64,000 bases of DNA from IMG/VR virus record IMGVR_UViG_3300042396_000723, positions 32,001 through 96,000 of that record, one strand, 5' to 3'. Within the stretch, counting starts at the first letter, position 1; every line of letters starts with the position of its first letter. A program made the translations under genes and the position numbers. This stretch comes from a virus. Shown one piece after another: positions 37,093-46,181 of this stretch. Under the pieces are notes generated by a model. It did not search any database. It was not told the DNA's origin and saw only the letters and a program-made list of their open reading frames with translations.

Positions 37093-37812
37093 TCAAGTGA
37101 TTAATTTTAAAGATTGAATGGCATCATCCCAGAAAAACTGACCAGGTGTAAATTCTCCCTGTTGCTCAACAAACCGTCTACCCCTCCATTCTACATAATC
37201 AATAAATCCCAAGTTCTCCCCAATATTAAAGACATTGAGTTTACCAATTAGCTCCTGATGTGCGGTATATTGCCCTGTCATCTCCAAAGTTTCCCCTCCT
37301 CTAATCCGACAGCAGGAATTAGAGCAATCAATCACAACTCGCTCCCCTACTTGCCCAAAATTAAGAGGGACACCTCTATTTAAAACTTGAGATACAATCA
37401 TTCCCAACGGAACAGATACTATCAACTCACACATTACCCTGGGGATAGGGGCGTTAAATTCTATGGTTAAATTAATACTATCAGGAACGGTATTAGTCGC
37501 AAAATAGACAGTAGTATTTTGTAAATAGAATCTTTGCCCAGTCAATCTATCTGGGTTTGTGGCTTGAATAAAATTGTTTATCCCGACCCGTAGAACAGCT
37601 AAAAAAGGCAGATTTATTTTATAAAGGGTAAAGACGGCATCAGGGGTTGTTAGCTCTGTTGGGGAAGGGTTAACGCCAGGGTATTTGTGAAATGTTTTAG
37701 TTTGAAATAAAGGAGCTAATGTCTGATTTCCTTGTGCAGACAAAATAGGAGCCGATAAATTAAATGGACTCAGGATTGTTGCGGGTAAGTTAGAATTAGA
37801 GAGCGTGAACAT
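37093..37812 (-). CDS. structural protein (putative)
   Basis: 239 aa upstream of the 788-aa protein. Confidence 0.4.
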   Translation of the reverse strand: MFTLSNSNLPATILSPFNLSAPILSAQGNQTLAPLFQTKTFHKYPGVNPSPTELTTPDAVFTLYKINLPFLAVLRVGINNFIQATNPDRLTGQRFYLQNTTVYFATNTVPDSINLTIEFNAPIPRVMCELIVSVPLGMIVSQVLNRGVPLNFGQVGERVVIDCSNSCCRIRGGETLEMTGQYTAHQELIGKLNVFNIGENLGFIDYVEWRGRRFVEQQGEFTPGQFFWDDAIQSLKLIT

Positions 37813-37843
37813 AAAAAATTAATTTAACTACTAATATTATCCC

Positions 37844-38260
37844 GTGAATTATCGCCAAGAATTAAAACAGACCATAGAATTGTTTGTCCCTCAAGTTGAA
37901 CAAGCATTTCTCAAAGCATTCTTTCTAAAAGACCTCGATTTTGGGCGGGATTTAATGGTGGGGGAGCGGACGGGTGCGATAGATTGGTATACCTCTGACC
38001 TGGGATCTCTTGTAGGAAACGTGATGATTTCGATGGGTTGTAGCTCCCGATTAAATGCCGAGATAGAAAAAGCAACCGAGGCGATTTATGCCAGACACGG
38101 GATATTTTCCATCAACGAGGAGGTTGTTAGAGCCATAGAGCTTTCAACCGCCAAGGTACAGCTAAAAGGGGAAGTGAATGCTACAACAGTGCAACAAACT
38201 TCTTCTCGGCTCTGGGTAGCAATTTCCACGTTTCAAATTGACTGTTTTATTGGGTTGTGA
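37844..38260 (+). CDS. hypothetical protein
   Basis: 138 aa; lone plus-strand ORF between minus-strand structural genes and terminase. Confidence 0.35.
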   Translation: MNYRQELKQTIELFVPQVEQAFLKAFFLKDLDFGRDLMVGERTGAIDWYTSDLGSLVGNVMISMGCSSRLNAEIEKATEAIYARHGIFSINEEVVRAIELSTAKVQLKGEVNATTVQQTSSRLWVAISTFQIDCFIGL

Positions 38261-38261
38261 T

Positions 38262-39866
38262 CTATTTTTTCATCCAATCAGCCAGTCCTTCTCGGTAAGT
38301 TTTAGCAAACGCATAGCATACCGCATCGGCTAAGTTAGGCGATCGCCCGATAATACGCTTAATATCATCTTTTTTGGTAATCATTATTGTTTTCCCAGAC
38401 TCCCACCACCGGAATGCACAGAGTTCTTCTTTTAATTGATCGTCGGGAGGTAAACAGATCGGGATTTGATTCTTGGGGTCTAATAAGTCTCGCAGATTCC
38501 AGTACCAATAAGTCCGCATATTAGCAAAAGTCAAGAGTCCGCTTTTGTCTTTCAAATACTCGCCGTTTCCATCCTTCGCGGCTTCACTTCCTTTCAAGGG
38601 AATAACGTGCATTTTCATCCCTCGACAGGTATCGTGAACCGCAGCGCCCACCCCAATTACGTCAATTTGTACCTTTACCCCAATGTTCGCCATACAGGAG
38701 GCAATCTGCTGCGCGACAATATTGCTGTCTGGGGTCTGGCTTCCATCAAATTCCCTGAGTCTATCAAGCCAGTTGTCCCATCGCAGAGCCAACACTGTCT
38801 TATCTATCCCACCCCGCGCCACATCCACACCAATATGGGACATTTTTAAGGTTTGAGGATAGTCAACCCATCGTTGCATCGCCAAAGTGACCCAATCCCC
38901 AGGAATAACTTGATAGGGGTCTGATTCTGGCTCGATGGTCATGTCGCCATAGAGAAGCTGCGATCGCAAAGGTTCAGGGAGAGATTGCAGCACCCCTCTA
39001 TATCCTGAATCTTTCAGGAAAGGATTGTCGTCTAGTGTCGCTCGAATAAATGTGCGGGATCGGGGTTCTAAGTCTTCGTCTCCAATTCTGATCTTTTTAG
39101 GCTTGGGATAATAGAGTTTTCCCTCAACCTTTACAGGATCAAGAGAAGAAACCTCGTGGATTTCCTTGCCAATCGTGAGATAAAAGCTATCAACATCTAC
39201 TTCTTGGTCTTTCCCGTTCACCCCCACAAACCAACGCAACTCACCTGGTTCGGCAAGGTGTCTTCCTGTCTGAGATTCATATTTTGGATCAAGCCAGGGA
39301 GCCAGGTAGCCGATAATCCATCGCCCACTTACTTGACTGGGAGGATTAAACGTAAAGATTACTCGGCATTTTTGATGGGGATCGGGACTTCTGCACCAAC
39401 CTGTTAAAAAGAGGAATTGCTCAAGGGAGAACTCTGTCACCTCGTCTACTGCCTTGAGATCGTGTTCAATCCCTCGCCAGTTTTCAATATCACTTTCATG
39501 TTGCGCCGCACCAAACTTTAGAGTTCTCCCTCCGGGTATTTTCCTCCATAGCTTTTCGTTACTATTGTAAGTCGCCCCACTCCCCCGTAATAATAGCCGC
39601 GATTTTTCAATAATATCTAGCAGCCGAGGATACTCTCGCCGGAAAACAATTGATTTCCGGTGTTGTGTCACCGCCATAATCTGAATGATTGCGGTTTTCC
39701 CCCCTCCAGCACTCCCCCCAAACCCAATAATGTCAGCATGGGAAGACAAAGCCATTCTTTGTGGTTCACTTTTGGGTTCCCAAGGGTTCCAGTTTGCAAT
39801 ACTCTGTCCAGTAAATCCTAATTTGTCTAATACAGAAGGGTAGCCACTATGTCTTTGTTTTGTCAC
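38262..39866 (-). CDS. terL: terminase large subunit
   Basis: 534 aa; Walker A GFGGSAGGGKT, Walker B LKAVDEVTEF, coupling motif FTFNPP, C-terminal nuclease-like region. Confidence 0.8.
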   Translation of the reverse strand: MTKQRHSGYPSVLDKLGFTGQSIANWNPWEPKSEPQRMALSSHADIIGFGGSAGGGKTAIIQIMAVTQHRKSIVFRREYPRLLDIIEKSRLLLRGSGATYNSNEKLWRKIPGGRTLKFGAAQHESDIENWRGIEHDLKAVDEVTEFSLEQFLFLTGWCRSPDPHQKCRVIFTFNPPSQVSGRWIIGYLAPWLDPKYESQTGRHLAEPGELRWFVGVNGKDQEVDVDSFYLTIGKEIHEVSSLDPVKVEGKLYYPKPKKIRIGDEDLEPRSRTFIRATLDDNPFLKDSGYRGVLQSLPEPLRSQLLYGDMTIEPESDPYQVIPGDWVTLAMQRWVDYPQTLKMSHIGVDVARGGIDKTVLALRWDNWLDRLREFDGSQTPDSNIVAQQIASCMANIGVKVQIDVIGVGAAVHDTCRGMKMHVIPLKGSEAAKDGNGEYLKDKSGLLTFANMRTYWYWNLRDLLDPKNQIPICLPPDDQLKEELCAFRWWESGKTIMITKKDDIKRIIGRSPNLADAVCYAFAKTYREGLADWMKK

Positions 39867-39958
39867 CTATCTTCCCCGTATAACCAATTGTGATTTTAAT
39901 TTTTATCCTTCCCTTTGAAGATGGTCTAGTTGCTCTATTTAGAACAATTCTTTCCATA

Positions 39959-40618
39959 TTAAAACTCCGTAGGAACACTTACCCCAAAATTAATTAACCA
40001 GTTATATAACCTAGACCTATCCTTAACAAAATCATCGTCCAATGGTTCGTTTTCTAAGTTTTCATCCCCACCTGTTGTTTCCCCTTTGGCTAACTCCTCC
40101 GCCTGTTTTAGTCTATCATTTGCTTGTTTACATAGCTTTGCCAAATCATCTAAAGAGTAATGATTTTCAAGTCCTCCCACCTTAAATATTAAGATAGCAT
40201 CCGCTATAATATCAAGGGCTAAATCTCCCGTTGTAATAAGCTCCTGGGGAAGTAATTTAGAGTCTGTCCCATCTTCGGGATACTTGTAACCCAATAATTG
40301 TTCTAGTAAACTCAATCCTGGGATTAGCTGCTCTCGATAGGTGATCGGCTCCGTTGCTATAAAAAAATGATGGCGTGATTCTTGAGTTAATTGGTCAGGA
40401 TCAAACTCAAAAAAATGAGCTATTTTTAAATAATGACAACGAAACCGAGGGAAAAGGTAATCATCCATTTTCTCTGGGTAAATGTGAAGCCCTGCAATGG
40501 ACTTCTTTAAATCCAAAAGATATGCAGATAGTTTCCTAGACTCTCTAATAGCCACAGGGAAAACCAAGATAAAATTCCCAGTCTGATAATTTAATCGGAA
40601 GTGCAACATTAAAGCCAC
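39959..40618 (-). CDS. hypothetical protein (terminase small subunit by position only)
   Basis: 219 aa immediately upstream of terL; no motif. Confidence 0.3.
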   Translation of the reverse strand: MALMLHFRLNYQTGNFILVFPVAIRESRKLSAYLLDLKKSIAGLHIYPEKMDDYLFPRFRCHYLKIAHFFEFDPDQLTQESRHHFFIATEPITYREQLIPGLSLLEQLLGYKYPEDGTDSKLLPQELITTGDLALDIIADAILIFKVGGLENHYSLDDLAKLCKQANDRLKQAEELAKGETTGGDENLENEPLDDDFVKDRSRLYNWLINFGVSVPTEF

Positions 40619-41382
40619 TCCTCCTGACTATCTTGCCAATTAACTAACTTGATTCTATTGCCAAATAATGGCTCGAATTCGCATTGTTTTAATTCCAAAT
40701 ATCGCCACCTTCGATTTAGGGATTCCCCTTCCTTGAAGACAAGATGGGCATCTAGTTTTTCTATGGGTTCCTGTAGCTCTTGGGTCGCTTCACGGTAAAT
40801 CACCTGCGTCCTAATTTTTACCGTTTGCCCAGAAAGATTGGGAGAAGCATAGATTTTCCCGCCTTCTTCAACCACGATTTGAGATTGACCTGTAATCCTA
40901 TCTACTAATTCTACTGTTAGAGGCGATTTATTATCGGCATTTGGGAAGTAATAAGCGATCGCCTCGCTATCTGGTTTAGGGATTTTAATATCATATTTTG
41001 AAGCATTGCCAGAGAGGGATAATTGCCCACCATTCCCCGATAACCTCGCCTCTAAGAGCGTAAAGTCCAGAAATTCAGGGGTAACAGCCCATCGTTTTTT
41101 CCTGCGCAATGCTGCGACTAATGGATGACCAGCTAACTTTAACTCGATTTTATCTTCGTCAACCTTGACAGAAGAAGGCAACACCAAATCAGGAGGGGTG
41201 TACAACTCGCCTCCTGACTCCTTTACCCAAGCTCGGCAAACTTTACGCATTAACAGAAGCGGAGATCGCCTCCATGCTTGTAGGGTGATTTGCGAGGGTT
41301 TCAGTGCCTGTCCGTGAAACAGTAGGAGGGTTTCCCCCGTCATAAAAAACGGCTTGTGAAACCCCTGCAATATTCCGCCCAC
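40609..41382 (-). CDS. hypothetical protein
   Basis: 257 aa; first 140 nt overlap the upstream ORF in another frame, true start probably downstream. Confidence 0.35.
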   Translation of the reverse strand: MGGILQGFHKPFFMTGETLLLFHGQALKPSQITLQAWRRSPLLLMRKVCRAWVKESGGELYTPPDLVLPSSVKVDEDKIELKLAGHPLVAALRRKKRWAVTPEFLDFTLLEARLSGNGGQLSLSGNASKYDIKIPKPDSEAIAYYFPNADNKSPLTVELVDRITGQSQIVVEEGGKIYASPNLSGQTVKIRTQVIYREATQELQEPIEKLDAHLVFKEGESLNRRWRYLELKQCEFEPLFGNRIKLVNWQDSQEEWL

Positions 41383-41926
41383 CAGAGGGGAGAATGAAGT
41401 ACGTTTTTATCTCTCCTATTTTTCGCATTTTTGCGGTTCCCGATGCAGCAGTGGTTTGGGCGACAACAATATTACTAGGCGTGGTAGACCCACCTACATC
41501 GTAAGTAATTGTTACCCCAGGCAAGTCAGAAGTAAGGGTTAAAACATTGGTCGCTGCCGTTCCTGAAACCAAAGCAGATGCAGAAGGAACTCCATTAATC
41601 TCCTCTAAAAGTCTTGTTGCAATTGTGGTCGCAGTATCACCTGACCTTTGGGTGTGGGAGACAATAGCCGAGTTACCCCCGGCAGTGATTCCTATTAGGT
41701 AGTCATCCCCTGTACTCCCTGCTGTGATGGTCATGGTATTCACTTGAGACACCGCGCCACCAAAATCTGCCCAGGCTTCTAACACATCCTTTACCACCCC
41801 CCCTTCAGTAATTTGTGTCCGTACCCTTTTAAAAGGGATTGTTACCGTCAGGTCGGGTTGGGATGCAGGATAACTAATTGAGCCAATTGAAGAAGTCATT
41901 TGTTTTGAGTAATAACTTATTAACAA
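41243..41926 (-). CDS. structural-like Gly/Thr/Ser-rich protein
   Basis: 227 aa; first gene of the minus structural block. Confidence 0.4.
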   Translation of the reverse strand: MLISYYSKQMTSSIGSISYPASQPDLTVTIPFKRVRTQITEGGVVKDVLEAWADFGGAVSQVNTMTITAGSTGDDYLIGITAGGNSAIVSHTQRSGDTATTIATRLLEEINGVPSASALVSGTAATNVLTLTSDLPGVTITYDVGGSTTPSNIVVAQTTAASGTAKMRKIGEIKTYFILPSGGRNIAGVSQAVFYDGGNPPTVSRTGTETLANHPTSMEAISASVNA

Positions 41927-41997
41927 TATTATAATTATAATTATGCCTTAAACTCAAAGATAATTCCGCAAAAAAATACCAATAACTTTATATAAAA

Positions 41998-43986
41998 ATG
42001 ACCGCCCAATCATCCGAGACAACAAAAAAAGAAACCACCACAGAGATTGTGAATCGTTATAGAGAAGACTCTCGCGTCATGATGCAAGCGTTAGCGGAGA
42101 GTGCCGACGCAAGTTCGATGCGAAATCCTCTCCCTGTAACGGGAAGAATCCAGCCTTTCTCTCAACAGCAAGTAGAAAACTGTTTAGCAGACGCGATCTT
42201 AAAACGAATTGCATGGAGCCTTCCATCTTCGTCAACCCAAAAGATGTGGCAGTTATCCTTGGGGGATGACTTCTCTAGTAAGACGGGTTCTAAATTAGTC
42301 CGAGATTATTATGCCTATCACGAAAGATTGAAAACCATATCACAATTTAGAAAAGCATTGCAGTTCTCTCGCTCTCATGGTGGGACAGTTATTATTCTCA
42401 AGATTAACGATGGAAGACATTATTCCGAACCTGTTGATGAAGGCAAGATTAAATCAATCTCTGGGTTAATCGTTCGTCACCGATGGCAAGTTGCTCCTTC
42501 GGTGAGAACGGCTGCTAGTATATTTGACCTTGATGACATTGAACATTATGAAATCCTAACAATTGACCAACAAATAAAACAAAAATTACTATTTAACGGA
42601 ACAAATTCCAAGCAGGATGATCGCCTGATTCATCGGTCAAGAATCCTCCGGTTTAATGGGGCATTAATGCCTGATGATTGGATGATTTCCTATAACAATG
42701 GATGGGGATTGAGTGTCTTTGACGAGGTTTGGAAATATTATAAAAACTATACGAATGGACTCAATGCAGTAGGCGAATTAATTAAAACCCAATCAGTTCT
42801 ACAGCATTCTTTTGAAGGACTGCGGGAACTGATGATGGCATCTGATGAAGAAAGTATCGCAGCTATTAAGCAAACCATGAAATCAATCCGACTAATGTTT
42901 GATCTATATGGCATGGTTCTCCACGACTCCCGTGAACAATTCAACTGGAATGCCCGCCCCGTCGTCGGGATGGATTCACTCGTGCAAGTACAGAAGGATG
43001 GGGTAACAGGAGCCTCTGGGATGCCTCACACGATAGTTTGGGGAGAAAGCCCTGGGGGTTTGGGGCGTGATGGCAAGGAGACCCAAATCAACTATGCTAA
43101 CTCGGTGGCAGAGTACCAAGGAGAGAGCTTAGATCCTAGCGCAGCTATTCTTGATCGTTATATCTTCTTGGCTAAAGACGGCCCCACAAAAGGCAAAATC
43201 CCCGACAACTACCAGAGGCAGTACCCTTCTATCTTGAGGATGACCATCGAGGATCTCCGCTCTGGACGCTCATCTGATATTCAGGCATTGGCTTCAGGTA
43301 TTCAAGCCGGATTCATCACGACAGATGAAGCTCGGACAGTGCCTTCTAACTCCGGTTGGTGGCCAGAGCTTAATCTTGATCAAAAAGCATGGGAAGAAGC
43401 CAGGAAAAAAGCAGAAGAACAAGCAAACTCCCTTGGTGGTTTTGATATGGGAGCATTAGGAGGAGAGGAAGTTGCCCCACCCACTGAAGAACCCGTCGAA
43501 GAAGAATCTATAACTCAAATGGACAGTGCTGTTTACACCCCAATAAAGCGGGTTCTTAATTGGCACGGGCTATCAATTGGGGTCACTCACGATAAAGGGG
43601 ATCTTCGCTATAACAAAACGATGAAGGTAGGGTATGGGCATATTAGACGCAGCTATGGACACGCGGAGGACGCAAAAGCAATCGACGTTTATATCAAAAA
43701 TCCAAACTCACCTAGTCTCTGGAAGGTTCGGCAACTCAACACAACAACAGGGGAGATTGACGAAACAAAGTATTTCTTGGGTTTTGATTCCCCCAAAGAA
43801 GTGCGCGATTGCTATTACTATCATGCCGGATTAGATCGTTTTGGAGGAGTGGAGAAGTGCGATCCTACGGAATTAAACCAATATCGCCAAGATGCAGAAG
43901 AATTGGAGGGAGTTAATGAAGTTTATCAAAATAAGATATTAACAGATGTAGCAAATAGAATCAATCAACAAACTCAATTAGATTAA
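41998..43986 (+). CDS. portal protein candidate
   Basis: 662 aa; first gene of head block, divergent from terminase block; assignment by size and position. Confidence 0.45.
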   Translation: MTAQSSETTKKETTTEIVNRYREDSRVMMQALAESADASSMRNPLPVTGRIQPFSQQQVENCLADAILKRIAWSLPSSSTQKMWQLSLGDDFSSKTGSKLVRDYYAYHERLKTISQFRKALQFSRSHGGTVIILKINDGRHYSEPVDEGKIKSISGLIVRHRWQVAPSVRTAASIFDLDDIEHYEILTIDQQIKQKLLFNGTNSKQDDRLIHRSRILRFNGALMPDDWMISYNNGWGLSVFDEVWKYYKNYTNGLNAVGELIKTQSVLQHSFEGLRELMMASDEESIAAIKQTMKSIRLMFDLYGMVLHDSREQFNWNARPVVGMDSLVQVQKDGVTGASGMPHTIVWGESPGGLGRDGKETQINYANSVAEYQGESLDPSAAILDRYIFLAKDGPTKGKIPDNYQRQYPSILRMTIEDLRSGRSSDIQALASGIQAGFITTDEARTVPSNSGWWPELNLDQKAWEEARKKAEEQANSLGGFDMGALGGEEVAPPTEEPVEEESITQMDSAVYTPIKRVLNWHGLSIGVTHDKGDLRYNKTMKVGYGHIRRSYGHAEDAKAIDVYIKNPNSPSLWKVRQLNTTTGEIDETKYFLGFDSPKEVRDCYYYHAGLDRFGGVEKCDPTELNQYRQDAEELEGVNEVYQNKILTDVANRINQQTQLD

Positions 43987-44232
43987 TTTTAAATTAATTG
44001 GTTTTTGAATGCAACTTAGTCAGCCCATTTTATTTCACTAGGGTTGGCTAAGTTGTCTAAACTGTTACATCAAATCTTTGTCAGTTCCTGATTTACGGGC
44101 TACGTAAATCTATGTATAGGTTAAGGTAGTTTGGCAACAATTGGCACTTCGGACAGTAAGGACACCCCAGACCCACTGCAACGGTCTGTCTCCCGCCTAT
44201 TCACCAAGAAATCAATACAATAAAAAAGGTGT

Positions 44233-44257
44233 GATTTTCTTATATAGAAATTATTTT
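44233..44257 (+). promoter_or_regulatory. conserved 25-mer (late promoter candidate), copy 1
   Basis: GATTTTCTTATATAGAAATTATTTT, identical to 51250-51274; 74 nt upstream of ATG 44331. Confidence 0.4.
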
Positions 44258-44330
44258 ATAAAGTCCCGTTGATCTATAAGAATTTAACCTTAAAATTATA
44301 GTAATAACTTCTGATCAGAAGGGTTTTATC

Positions 44331-44723
44331 ATGCCAATTCCTGTTAGTTTTTTCAAGATTACAAGAGCCGGAAAGGATTACGCCTTCAAGCCCGAAGACA
44401 TCTCGTTTGGGGACGACGACACTCTTGAGGTTAAATTAAATCAAGGGGGAGATATAGCGGTCATCCCTCTTGTAAAAAAATCCGTGACATTAACAATTCA
44501 GGGTGCTGTTGACACTGATCTTGATACGTTTGAAACCGAGAGAACCCAAAATGTCCAAAACTTAATTGACAATCAGCCGGTTGGCGCAAACATGGCTTTT
44601 GCAAACTATATTATTTACAGTGCTTACTTGCGAAAAGTAACCCCCACTGCCCCAATTACCGTGTCAGGGAAGACCTTGTTTGACACAATTGAGTTAGAGT
44701 TTGCCTCTCGCGTTTACGTTTAA
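44331..44723 (+). CDS. hypothetical protein
   Basis: 130 aa. Confidence 0.4.
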   Translation: MPIPVSFFKITRAGKDYAFKPEDISFGDDDTLEVKLNQGGDIAVIPLVKKSVTLTIQGAVDTDLDTFETERTQNVQNLIDNQPVGANMAFANYIIYSAYLRKVTPTAPITVSGKTLFDTIELEFASRVYV

Positions 44724-44773
44724 ATTTATACTGCCTAAGCCAATCAAGGTTTAGGTAGTAGCCCCTAAAATCT

Positions 44774-45739
44774 ATGTATAAAAAGATGACACCAACAGAA
44801 ACTTCAGTAAAATTAGCGATTGCACAAGTCTTGTCAATGCCTTCTGTTTTTAACGCACCTCTTTACGTCTTGGATTTTAACATTGACGAAAAAGGGACGG
44901 TATCAGGAAGGTTTAGAGATGCTGCTAGACCCCGTGTATTTAGCTATGAGATTGCAGACGATGGAATAACCTTTAGTCCCTTTGTCCCTGGAAGAATGGA
45001 TAGCAGTGACTGGAAAGTAGAAGACTGGGAGAAGTTTTCAGATGGCTATTCGTTTAGGATTGACGCAGGGATGCAAAAACGAACCGACAAGCCAAAATGT
45101 AATCCGGCTGTTTCTTTTTCTTGTGGAAAGGCTTGTGTTAGTTTAAAAAAGAAATGCAAAACAGATCCTCAAGATCCGACTTCTGTAGCCAAGAAAGAAA
45201 AATTAAAAGCTGTTATTAAAGAGGTTACAGTTACCGACAAGACGAGCAAAATTAAAGTCAGTAAGGATAAATCTAGTAAGCCCAAAGCCAATAAATTGAT
45301 CAATGACCTAGAACCCTTAGAGCCATTAAACACCTCTCGGACACCCACTGAAACCGTGTTACCTGAGCTAAGTTCTAACAATGTTGTTAAGGGTCTTGGT
45401 GGTAAAGTGGGCAGAGGAAAATATTCAGGCGATGCGGGTAGGGATTTTGAAGATACTGGCAAGATGATGAACTACCCACTAAAAAGCGTTGTAGCCACAA
45501 AGGACATGAAAGGGAAGGAAAAAGAAGTGGCAGACGTAGCAAAAATGTTGAAAGAATCCGAGAGAAATTGGCTCCCTGTTTATGTCAAAGAAGTTAGACC
45601 TTACGAGTATGAAGTTGTCGGAAATCATTTGACCCATGCAGCAGCAATAAAAGCAGGGTTTGAGAGGATTTGGACTATTCCGGTTGATTCAGATCCGGCT
45701 ACTCTCAAACAGATTCAAATGTTAACAAACGGTAATTAA
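44774..45739 (+). CDS. polymorphic effector family member A (shared N-domain, Cys knuckle, ParB-like C-terminus)
   Basis: 321 aa; N-terminal VKLAIAQVLSMPSVFNAPLYVLDF...GRFRDAARPRVFSY; KPKCNPAVSFSCGKACVSLKKKCKTDP; C-terminal YEYEVVGNHLTHAAAIKAGFERIWTIPV resembles the ParB fold. Confidence 0.5.
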   Translation: MYKKMTPTETSVKLAIAQVLSMPSVFNAPLYVLDFNIDEKGTVSGRFRDAARPRVFSYEIADDGITFSPFVPGRMDSSDWKVEDWEKFSDGYSFRIDAGMQKRTDKPKCNPAVSFSCGKACVSLKKKCKTDPQDPTSVAKKEKLKAVIKEVTVTDKTSKIKVSKDKSSKPKANKLINDLEPLEPLNTSRTPTETVLPELSSNNVVKGLGGKVGRGKYSGDAGRDFEDTGKMMNYPLKSVVATKDMKGKEKEVADVAKMLKESERNWLPVYVKEVRPYEYEVVGNHLTHAAAIKAGFERIWTIPVDSDPATLKQIQMLTNGN

Positions 45740-45780
45740 TTCCTGTGTTTATTTTACAATCTTATAAATTAAGATTTGAT

Positions 45781-45858
45781 GCTCCGCCAACAGAAATCCA
45801 GGCGAAATTAGCGATCGCCAAAGTACATCTCAATATTGGTAGAAGTGAACTTAATTAA
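45781..45858 (+). pseudogene. remnant of family N-terminal domain
   Basis: Translates APPTEIQAKLAIAKV... then stop; resembles N-termini of family members (PTEAQMKLxIAQ) but no in-frame start. Confidence 0.3.
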
Positions 45859-45907
45859 GCAAAAACAAAGTACAATAGACTCATCGCATTAAAAAGGAAA
45901 ATCAATC

Positions 45908-46132
45908 ATGAAAGCTAAAAAAACTGCTGTTGAAGGACAGAAGAAAATTAAAACCGTTCCCCCTGCTGTTGTAGATGAAGATGAGGATGTTTTAGGGGAA
46001 GGGGAGACATTGCAGGAATTTGACAAGAGAATGGAGAAAAAATATCCGAAAAGAAGTTATGACGATTTGACAGAAGAAGAAAAACGCGAACGTGCCAAAC
46101 GTTTTGTAGCTCAAGGGCCGGAAGACTGGTAA
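45908..46132 (+). CDS. small acidic protein
   Basis: 74 aa between family members A and B. Confidence 0.35.
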   Translation: MKAKKTAVEGQKKIKTVPPAVVDEDEDVLGEGETLQEFDKRMEKKYPKRSYDDLTEEEKRERAKRFVAQGPEDW

Positions 46133-46181
46133 ACTCCCCAGCCCGCACCCGTACAAAAAAATTTAGTTTATCTCAAAAACA

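Noticed and set aside
41243-41382. Programmed frameshift between overlapping ORFs 41243-41926 and 40609-41382
   Set aside because: The downstream ORF is in the +1 frame relative to the upstream one and no canonical slippery heptamer is in register; a later start (e.g. MRKVCRAW) is the simpler explanation.
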